Shown here: positions 53,601 through 64,000 of the stretch, in pieces
Layout: the number at the start of each line of letters is the position of its first letter
How positions within the stretch are numbered: the stretch's first letter is position 1
NCBI GenBank assembly: GCA_964016885.1
Contig: OZ024740.1
Span: 246,822,001 to 246,886,000, forward strand
Direction of reading: 5' to 3'
DNA length: 64,000 nt
DNA from: Eledone cirrhosa
Lineage: Eukaryota
Made by a program: the position numbers and the translations under genes
The notes under the pieces: model-generated
Database searches by the model: none
The model's input: the letters and a program-made list of their open reading frames with translations, nothing else
What the model was told of the DNA's origin: nothing

Positions 53601-56440
53601 GTTACTGGAAGCTGAACGCGTCTTTCCCGGCGCGCAAGGCCTACAGAGACCGGCTTAGCGTATTAGTTAAGCGGGCGTTGACGGAAGCGGTCGTCAACAA
53701 CAGGTGGTGGTTCGCCCTGAAAAGGGCAATTAAAGTAGAGTCGATTAGGTTTAGCAAAGGAGTAGTGATAGAGGAAAATAGAGTAGAGGGAGAGCTAGTC
53801 AGAAAGCTAGAAGAGGCGTTTAGGACAGGCGTCGCAACCGACGTGCTTGCAGCGAGATTGGCACTCGACCAATTCTTCAACGCAAAACACGAAGGCTGCG
53901 TTGTCAGAGCTAGAGCGCGTGCTCTGAAACACGAGGGGACAAAAGCCGTCCAATGGGCCCGGGTGGCAGAGGCACGACGTTGCAATAAAGCCACAATTCG
54001 GTCTTTGTCTGACCAAAACGGGTGCGTGATGCTCGAACCCGAGCGGATGTGTGAAGCTTTTCGGCAGCACTTTGCTGAACTGTTCAGGAGCGGCGGCGGG
54101 CCGGATCGGGGCATGGACTTCAGCGCATACCTCGACGGACTGCCTCGGCTCTCGACGACCGCAGCACAGTGTTGCGAAAAGCCAATAACAGCCGGTGAAA
54201 TACGGGAAGCGATGGCTAACTGCACAAGAGGTAAATCGCCAGGTTTATGCATTTATCCCAGACTTGTTCGGTGACCTCTTGGCAGACGTCTACTGCAACT
54301 GGCAGCAGAACGGGAGCATTCCCAGTTTTGTGAGCCGGGGAGCAGTGGGGCTGCTGAGAAAAGACCCGAACAAGGAGGATGTTATTGATAATTTCAAGCC
54401 CATAACCCTGCTAAACGCAGAGTTCAAGATTTTGGCCAAGGTGTTAGCAACGAGGTTGGCGCTTGTCGTCAAGGGTCTGGTGGGAGAGGCGCAGACATGC
54501 GCCATTCCGGACAGATCCATACACGACAACCTCCACCTTATGCGATACATCATAGAGAGGGTGGTTAAGGAACCTGGCAAGGGTGGGGCCCTGATCAACT
54601 TGGATCAATCCAAAGCATTCAATAGGGTCGACCATCGGTACCTGGCGGCGGTTCTCGAGGCAGCCGGTTTCGGGCCCGTTTTCAGGCGTTGGATCGCAGC
54701 AATGTACAGCGACATCTGCTCAGTTGTGAGGGTGAACGGTCACCTGTCGCAGCCGTTCAGCATCATGCGCTCAGTCCGCCAGGGTTGTCCCCTCTCGTCC
54801 CTCTTGTACGTATTGGCTCTCGAGCCGTTACTGCACAAACTGGGGGCTATGAGGGGCGTCCCACGCGAAATAGGATGCGGGAAATCCGAGTCGGCTCACG
54901 TTGACGACGTCACCGTGGTGGTGTCGAGCACCAGACACGTCCAGATGCTCGGCACCGCTCTCAAGGAATACGAGGAGGTGACAGGAGCAAAGATAAACCA
55001 GGAAAAGTCGGTGGGCTTGCAGCTAGGCACCCGGAGAGGCAAGTCCATGCCGTCCGACAGCGTCGTGGGGCGTTGGACGGACGGACCGGTTAAATTGCTC
55101 GGGGTCTGGTTCGGACCGGACCTCCAGATGGAGTAAAAACTGGAACGAGGTGACGAGCAGGGTGGCCTCCCTCACCCAGAAATTGTCTGAGAGGAAGCTG
55201 TCCCTGAAAGGCCGGGCGGAAGTGGCGAATGCGTACATCGCATCCGTCATTTGCTACCGCCTCACCGTCGTCCCTTGCTCCAGCCCAACTCTCACCAAAA
55301 TGGAGCGCCTCCTCTTCTCCTTTTTGTGGAAGGGACGCACTCCCATGGCCAGACGATCCGTCTGCTGTCAACACCCGTTGCGTGGAGGACTGGGCATGCC
55401 ATGGCTGATGATGCGCAAACATGCGCTGAGGCTGCGACATCTCTGGTGCTTCCTTGATGGTGAACGGTTGTGGTCGCCGTTCGCCAGGCACATTTTCCCA
55501 CAGCTCGTCTCCTTGACGGAGCTGCAGTCCTGGGTCAGAAAAAGACCGAGGGATAGCGCTTGGAAACTGGAATGTCTCCAGGCGCTCACTGCCCTCTCCC
55601 AGTTGGGCACCAGTATCGGTGGAACATCCACCTCGGCGTTCTATAGAGGACTAGTGGAGGGGAAGAGCGACAACGTTCTCGGAGAGATCCTGGGCATCGA
55701 AGATCAGCTGTTTGCTCTCTTCCGGAGAACTTTCAGCCCGGGGCCTATGGATAACTTCCAAAAATCCCTGGCCTGGCACTGCTACCGGGGAGCGTTGCCA
55801 GTTCGAGATAAGCTCTACAGGCACGGAAGTGCCGTCAGCCGAGCCTGTCCGAGATGCGCGCATAGCGACGAAACCGTTGTGCACGCACTCGTTCAGTGCC
55901 CGAGCATTGCTGACTTGTGGAGCTATGTCGAACAGTTGCTGTCAAGTGTGGGACTGATCCGGTTATCGACTGAGTCCATTGTGCAGATAGTCTCGCCGTC
56001 TTCCTTTGAGGAGGAAGGGCAGGCGGTTTTCATCTGCCTGGTTGCCATGGCGAAAGAGATTGTGTGGTGGACAAGGTTAAAAGGATTAAAGACAAACACT
56101 TTCCTCTTCGGCGAATCCCTAATTAACATTTTCACTCTGAATATACGTCTGTAGTTTGAGAGATGGAAAAATTGAGAGAGGGCGCTTGCCCTGGTGGTCA
56201 GGGTGGCCGTGGTCTTTTGTGTGGTTTTCGCCACGAGTAACCCTCGGAGGTTTCCCCCTATTGGGGAATTTTTCATTGTTTCAATTTTCATTTTATTGTT
56301 TATATATATATATGTTTCATGTCTTTTTTCTTTTCTTATATAAATAATAAGCATATTTACACGCACAAAACCCACATCGTACCGTCCTGTTCCGTCTGTG
56401 ATGTTTTTCTTGATGTCAGCCCTTGTGGCCAATAAAGAAA

Positions 56441-56477
<37 letters not shown>
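50629..56477 (+). mobile_element. Tx1-like LINE copy D, full length, diverged subfamily, defective
   Basis: ORF1 pieces 50796-51686 and 51667-52758 (CYLCGSKGHLRAFC). ORF2 pieces 52867-56154 are frameshifted and have HVDD in place of YADD. (ATT)n at 56443-56477. Confidence 0.93.
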
Positions 56478-56524
<47 letters not shown>

Positions 56525-56660
56525 AAGTTATATTTAAAATTGTTGGGTTACAACTAGTAAATATTTATAACTGATATAAAAGCACTCGACAAATATTTGG
56601 AGTATATTTACAATATTAAATAAATGGAAAACTATATTTATAAAACCATATTTATTTCAT

Positions 56661-56716
56661 TATATATATTTCGGGGATATCATATTAACAATATGCTATG
56701 CCTTCATCAGACAAAA
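56661..56716 (-). ncRNA. Hammerhead ribozyme-like motif with an extended helix II
   Basis: Minus strand reads CTGATGA-AGGCATAGCATATT(GTT)AATATGATATCCCC-GAAA-TATA. Confidence 0.55.
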
Positions 56717-56940
56717 TACAATATAAACAGTTTTATAGATAAATAGATTCGACATACCGCAAAGAAGTGTGTTTTGAATTACTTGGGTTGAAAAACCACT
56801 TTGGTGCAATGCATATAATCTATGAAAAAACGGAAAACACAAAAGAACCGAGAAAAAAATGAATCAAAATGAACTAAACATTTCATTAAACTAAACATAG
56901 AGTTTGTTTCGCCAAAAATTAGTGGCTGTGTCACAGAATC

Positions 56941-57060
56941 CTAGTGCTTCTGAACAGGAGTAAGGATTGTATGAACAGCACAGCTAGAGATAATTTAGGT
57001 ACCTAAATTATCTCTAGATGTGCTGTTCATACAATCCTTACTCCTGTTGAAAAGCCCTAG
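56941..57060. repeat. 120-bp spacerless near-perfect palindrome
   Basis: Centre TTAGGT|ACCTAA at 57000/57001. The arms match with few mismatches. Confidence 0.9.
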
Positions 57061-57328
57061 CTATGTCACCATTAATAGTGACACAGCTAAGGTCAACACC
57101 AAGAGAGAAAGAAAGAAAACTACCCACAAAAATGTGAAGTTTTCTCTATAAAAAGGTTTTTCCCATATTCTTATTATTCTTATTAATTGCATTATACACT
57201 TCCGTCACAAGAAGAAGCCTACAAGGTGAAACCGGTGCGAATAATGCGGAAATTCCTATTTTGAAAAATAAATATTTTGCTGTTATTCAGAAGAAAATCC
57301 TTTTAATATTCTCTACAGTTATTTTCCT

Positions 57329-57421
<93 letters not shown>

Positions 57422-57732
57422 CATATGTATATTGTTATGCTTTGGGACGGTCATGTTGTCTTTTGCTAGTTAGTCCGTTAGTTTGATAACTGGATGGTTG
57501 TTTAGTTGTTGACTGTCAAAGCTCTTTCGTCACACATTTTGTGACCTACTTAGTGACTACCTTTGTTGTTATTTTGTGCCTCTCCTTTGTTCTGTCCTAC
57601 ACCACCTTTATTAAACTAACAGGCACATGTGTTTTTATTGGAAACATTACACCCTTCTAAAGTATAACAACAATATATGTTTCAACACACATTTTCGGAT
57701 AAGAAATCTTGCAAAACAAATACAAAAACGAA

Positions 57733-57805
<73 letters not shown>

Positions 57806-57808
<3 letters not shown>

Positions 57809-59105
57809 GGTGGGGCATAAAAACTGTTACAAAATAAAATGCAAATAGTTCTTGAAAAAAACATTTATTTCAATATCTGACTTCAACAAATAGTAAGTAA
57901 TATACTATTAAACAACTACACAACAATTTATTCGAAATACTTTCCTCTAACTCTCACTACCGCTCGAAGTCTTCTAGGAAAGTCTTCGATGGCTGCACGA
58001 ACAATTTCGATGGGTATTTTCTCCCATACTTTATTCAGTTTTGATTTTAGAGTTTCAATATTTTGGCTAGGCGTAGAGGAGGCTTCACTCTCAAGAATTG
58101 ACCATAAAGAAAAATCGAGAGGGTTGAGATCTGGTGATATGGGAGGCCACTCTTCCTTACTGATCCATGCAGGACAATGGTCTCTACAACACTGTTGTGT
58201 TACGCTAGCAGTGTGGCTCGTCACTCCATCTTGTTGGAGAGTCCAAATGTCATCGCCATAAACAGATGTGCACCATGGCATCAGTGCTCCTTCCAAAATA
58301 TCCTTTATGTAAAGTTCTTTGTTAATTTTAACTCCTTGAGGCACAACAATCAGAGGAGACTTCCCTCTTTCAGAAATGGCTGCCCAAACCATCACTGATG
58401 CTGGTTTCTCCGTTCTGAACACTTTTACAACACTTGAAGGAATTGATTTGAGACTTTTTGCAAGTACTCGATCATTTTGATGATTGTGAGACTGCTGCAC
58501 AGTGAATAACTTCTCATCTGTAAAGATGATGTTTTGCAGCGTGCCATCCTTGATACGGTTCAATAAAAGTTTACTTCTGTAGAGCCTCTTTTCAATTGTG
58601 GCTGCAGAAAGAAGCTGCCTCTTTTGGAACTTATAGGGTGACATCCCCAGATCATCTCGACATATCTTCCGCATAGTTCTCGGCGATGTTACTGCCTCTT
58701 CTGCCATTTTTCTCGTGGACCTTCTTGGATTACGCCTTATTTTTCCCTCACACTTTTAACGAATTTTGGTGTTCTTGAGGTGCGAGGGCGTCCGGATCGA
58801 GGTCTGTCTTTGGTCGAGGAGGTTTCCTTAAATCGGTCGATTGTAATTTTGATCAACATTCTATTGATCTTAAGAGTTTTCCCCAGTTTAAATATCTCGG
58901 GTGGAGTCAGGCCTTTTTCATGCTTCTCTATTATGAACTTTCTTTTCAATTCCATGGACATTGCAAATTGTTAATGGCGTAATGTTCTGAAAAATAGTTA
59001 ATATGGTTATAGTGAATGGATTTGATACAAATATATTAGTTATATTAGCAACATAATGTATTTTAAAATTGATTTAAAACTTTGTAACAGGAATTATGCC
59101 CCACC

Positions 59106-59108
<3 letters not shown>
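57806..59108 (-). mobile_element. Tc1/mariner DD37D (maT) transposon, 1303 bp, inserted in (TA)n
   Basis: TIRs CAGGGTGGGGCATAA...CTGTTACAAA at both ends, flanked by TA. Confidence 0.95.
57928..58961 (-). pseudogene. DD37D transposase with a single -1 frameshift at about 58740
   Basis: HTH and RSGRPR, then FTDEK, QQDGVTSH and SPDLNPLD. I count 37 residues between the second and third D. Restoring one A in GGAAAAATAAGG joins the two ORFs. Confidence 0.93.
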
Positions 59109-59170
<62 letters not shown>

Positions 59171-59553
59171 GAGGACAGATTAAAGTTTAAGCAAAGAATC
59201 GGTGCTTTCAGTTTTAACAGAGAGAGGGGGTAAGAGGGAATGATAGATTGATCATTAGATGTTGGTGTGCATACAAATGTATACATAGATATATAAATAC
59301 ATACATACACACATACACACATGCGTGCGAGCGTGCATACCCCCCCCCCATACACATATTTGTATACGTTGAAACTTTATTCAACCGAGGATACCCTTAT
59401 AACTTCAAGATTGAAAATCCCTTCGGAGATTCAGAGCAAGTGAGATTTGAACTCCCAGAGGCACAACTGATCTGAATTTTTGGAACATTTTAAAAGTATA
59501 AATATTTGTGTGTATGTGTGTGTATATATATGTGTGTATATATATGTGTGTGT

Positions 59554-59647
<94 letters not shown>

Positions 59648-60224
59648 GTGTCGGGTTCAATCGGGGTAACCACAGTAAATAAAGTACTCAATACACAGTA
59701 GAGTCGATAATGTTTAATATCGAAATGGCTTCTATAGGACTAGAACTGTTCCATTCACATCTATATATCCCACCTCCCACACTCTCAAAAGCGTGAACCT
59801 AATAAACTCATATTTGTACTGTCTCTCTGTTTTTGTTCCTCTCTAAGATTTAACTATGCATATATATATATATATAGTAATAATAATAAATTTGAAGTCT
59901 AAAATCCAAAGAGGGCTCGATAAGGATAAATATATATCAAATATATAAGAGAACCGTAGAGCAAATATTTATTAAAATAACAGATTAAAGTTTAAGCAAA
60001 GAATCGCTGCTTTCACCCTTAACGGGATCTTCTGAAAGTTATCCCGGGTTCAATCAGGAGTAACCACAGTAAATAAAGTACTCAATACATAGCAGAGTAC
60101 AAATATTTAATATAGAAATGGCTTCTACACGACTAGATACGGGAGAAATCATCAGCAAGTCCTGATGATTTCTCCCGAATGAAACAGTTCTAGTCCTGTA
60201 GAAGACATTTCTATATTCTATACA

Positions 60225-60456
60225 TAGTTTAGCGGACCTGGTGTGGGACCTGAAACACCAAGGCACCCCGTACGCCCTTGAATGGAGTATCGTTCGGCAT
60301 GCGATGGCATACTCGGCTGGAAGTAGAAAATGCCGATTATGCCTATACGAGGCCATGGAGATAGTCAGACTGAAGGATGACGCGGTCAATCTCAAGCCTG
60401 AAATTATCATGATCTGCAGACACCAGAGAAGGTGCACATTCGCAGCATGGAATCCT
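60225..60456 (+). mobile_element. Naiad-like PLE endonuclease C-terminal fragment
   Basis: WDLK...LEWSIV...Y....KCRLCLYEAMEI...N...EI...CRH. Confidence 0.75.
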
Positions 60457-62805
60457 CGAAATGGAGTAAACAAAAAAGCCATTATAAAAATGAGGAAATA
60501 AATATATACAAAATATAAAAAAACAATTTCTGGTCCCTACTCCATCCTCACAATCACCAAATCTCTCATTGGTATTGCTAAGCTATAGAAAAGTTTAATA
60601 GGTGGTGAAGAATACTAAATACGAGATTGTAGTGAAAGAATTTTATAAAGCCATCTTTACAGGGGTCTAACACCACTGCTATAGTTAGTAGTAATCAGCC
60701 AATGCTATCTTACAATGACAGGTTAATAAGTTGAGGACAAACATACTAAAAAACTAATACGAAATATTAATTCAGAATACTAATACATAAATACTAATAC
60801 AAGAATACTAATGCAAAAATACCACTAAGAAATTTAGAAATCACGGAAATAGGGCAGCAACCATAAAGAAAGCAATTATCTGGGGTCTAACACATCTGCT
60901 ATAAAAAGCATAATCGGCCAATTCTATCTTAAACTTAGGGGTGGGTGGGGGTACTGAGGCTACAGAGGACCGATGGGCTGCGTCGGGGTTCGCGAAAAGG
61001 TGAAAAAAAAAATATAGAGGAAAAGATTAAAAAAAAAAAAGTTACGTCTACCTTACTAAGCACGGGTTACCCCTTACAAAGTCGGCAAGTGGGGTGATTC
61101 AGCCCTTGTCTACCCCCCCCCCGAGTCATTATGGGGTTTGAGGGCGAGGTAAGTCCTACGCAATCTGGGTTTGCATGCAGTTACCAGTTCGTCTTTCTAG
61201 TTTAGGAGTTGGTCCTTCGAAAACAGCATTTGTAATGTTTCCTCCGAGCATAATTTACACGGACGGCGTCCTCCCGTGTAAGAGTTAGCTCTGGGCAGTA
61301 AGCTCCAAGTGAGATTGTAGGTTATATTATTATCTTTAAGGTCCCAGATGTGGCCCGAAAGTGTAGTGGCGTGACGCCGGGCCGGGTTTCGGAAAGTATG
61401 TCTGTGTAGGTAGAGTCGGGTCTTGAAGTCACAAGCGGTTAATCCTATATAAGCTTTGTTGGAGGTGTCCGTCCTCACGTTGCACTGGTATATCACATTA
61501 GGATCTCGGCATTTGTAGTTGAGGGGGCAAAGGGATCTATCAAGACAGTTACACCTCCTGGCCGGCTCTCCACTGCTGTCTAGGTTATTTCTTCCATAGA
61601 AAACCGCTACCACAACATAATCAACAAAATCACCACCAAACTCTCCTACAGCACCACACCTAACTTTGCACAAAACATCGTCTCCACTAACAACAAAAAA
61701 CTCAACCCCTATGGAAGAAATAACCTAGACAGCACCGGAGAGCCGACCAGGAGGTGTAACTGTCCTGATAGATCCCTTTGCCCCCTCAACAACAGATGCC
61801 GAGATCGTAATGTGATCTACCAATGCAACGTAAGGACGGACACCTCCAACAAAGCTTATATAGGATTAACCGCTTGTGACTTCAAGACCCGGCTCTACCT
61901 ACACAGACATACTTTCCGAAACCCGGCCCGGCGTCACGCCACTACAAATGCTTTCTTTATGGTTGCTGCCCTATTTCCGTGATTTCTAAATTTCTTAGTG
62001 GTATTTTTGCATTAGTATTCTTGTATTAGTATTTATGTATTAGTATTCTGAATTAATATTTCGTATTAGTTTTTTAGTATGTTTGTCCTCAACTTATTAA
62101 CCTGTCATTGTAAGATAGCATTGGCTGATTACTACTAACTATAGCAGTGGTGTTAGACCCCCTGTAAAGATGGCTTTATAAAATTATTTCACTACAATCT
62201 CGTATTTAGGATTCTTCACCACCTATTAAACTTTTCTATAGCTTAGCAATACCAATGAGAGATTTGGTGATTGTGAGGATGGAGTAGGGACCAGAAATTG
62301 TTTTTTATATTTTTTATATATTTATTTCCTCATTTTTATAATGGCTTTTTTGTTTACTCCATTTCGATTTACCTATTTTTTCACCACACCCCTCCCTTTC
62401 TCCAGTACACTTTTTTCGACCATCTATACACTATCCTTAGAATCTGCTGTATAGATTTCACTTTCAACGCTTGACTGGGTTTCCCCCACTCCCTCTTTGT
62501 TCTACCGGCAAGTTCAGCTACCCCTACCTTCCACTAAATGCCATGATAGAATCATATGTCTTTACAACAAATTTTTGACCAATCCTTTTGACAATTACTA
62601 TCTTCCCATATATGGAATTACCCCTGAGAAGTTCGGCTATTTATTTACCAGGCTAAAAATTCTTATTTAGTCCAGAATTAGCCGTCGAAACGGCTTGAGC
62701 TCTGCCGTCGGGTTCATACTTGTTCCTATTACCCACTCTACTACACTAAGTATTGAGTACTTTGGTGCGTTATGGTCCATCTGGTTCTTTACCACATTTC
62801 CTTCG

Positions 62806-62808
<3 letters not shown>
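60457..62808 (+). mobile_element. Naiad-like PLE 3' portion with an inverted partial copy at its 5' side
   Basis: Plus strand 61600-61946 encodes KLSYSTTPN...CNC..CPL..C..VIYQC...YIGLT..FKTRLYLH. An inverted copy lies at 60457-61599. Hammerhead-like motif at 62624-62695. The terminus 62731-62808 matches 9441-9520 and abuts (TA)n. Confidence 0.8.
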
Positions 62809-62854
<46 letters not shown>

Positions 62855-64000
62855 TTATATGCACTACACCGCTCAATAGGTAATTTAAGCATGAATTGAT
62901 TGTCTTGTTGGTGCTGTGCGGAGGAAGTGCCATCGTTGGACAAATGAAAAACGAATTAATCTAGTAACGCTGATGAGCAGTATGACCGGTACGCTGAGTG
63001 CAGGGAATGAATGTATTGCAGGTGGCGTATGGGTTGTACATATATGGATGATTTGATGGTCAAATTGGAGTCATGAGGACTGTGGATTGACCTCTGGTCG
63101 GCCCTGGTGATGATTATCTTTCGACATCCAATGTAGCAAGCGATGACCCAGAACTTACCAGAGATCATTGTGTGTTGAAGTGATTCTGCAATCACCGCGC
63201 CTGGTGCTTTGAGTAGACTGCAACCACAGAGATCATTAATTTAGAATCCTCGCTCGTCGTCTATAATATTCATTTGTGGCACTCTACGATGGGGGTTAAT
63301 CACCATAATAAGAACACCTTCAGCACAACTTAATAGACTACTCTATAGTTAAAACACTTTAAATTTTGGAAATTTTTTAGAAATTGCGCATAACCATATA
63401 AGTTAGGGTCTATTTTGAGACACATTTTAATAGTTAGTAATAGAAACCTCGGAGTTACCTCCCCTCATGCATTAACTCCCCTTAGCGACACACACACTTC
63501 CGGGTAGTATTTCGATGTCGATTCTCGAAACGTAACATCTTCCTGTATTGAACTAAAGAACATCAGACTACGATTCTCTAACTGGATTGTCAAACGCTCA
63601 ATATCGAATCGTCGTGGATTATGTGAGGGGCATATAATCTGAAAAATACGATCCCCAGACTATGAAAATGTCGAAGTGCATGAAGTCCATATCATCGCTT
63701 CGCTGCGCATTTCCAATATTTTTAAATATTTCTAATGCTCACACTATTTTTAATGCTTATATTATTTCTCCACACACAGACTATAACAATCATATAAAGA
63801 ATTTGTCACCAGATCAACCAACCTAACACTCTTGTTTACCTGCTTAAGTGCTTCTACTACACGTAACTCTCTGCCACACTATATAAACAAGACGCACGTG
63901 CTTGCCACACATATAACCTTTGCACTATATAACCGCTTATTTTCATGTTGTATTTTAGCCTGTATTTTTGATTGTATCTATTAATATGAATGTAATCTCT

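Noticed and set aside
62930-63290. Possible very old Gypsy integrase fragment on the minus strand (HQGR, ATCNTF)
   Set aside because: Too degenerate to call without a profile search.

Overview
This window is eukaryotic, AT-rich and dense in microsatellites, and nearly all of it is nested transposable elements. I found no supportable host protein-coding gene, rRNA, tRNA gene or CRISPR array. SINE remnants resemble cephalopod Ceph-domain and Meta-domain SINEs, so an octopus-like origin is likely (inference from remembered consensus sequences). Contents: a decayed Ty3/Gypsy element with its 3' LTR (1-3752); several Penelope-like (GIY-YIG) elements, including Naiad-like ones, with hammerhead-ribozyme-like motifs; R4/Dong-like and CRE-like RLE retrotransposons; RTE and CR1-like fragments; a DD37D maT transposon with one frameshift; a pogo-like MITE; and a foldback element with coding-like cargo. 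The most striking structure is a head-to-tail array of Tx1-like LINEs (42.8-56.5 kb), each copy abutting the (ATT)n tail of the previous one, with one intact ORF2. These LINEs also have an Asn/Ser-rich ORF1, a candidate 53-nt intron that would fuse ORF1 to ORF2 in frame, and a probable SINE partner.
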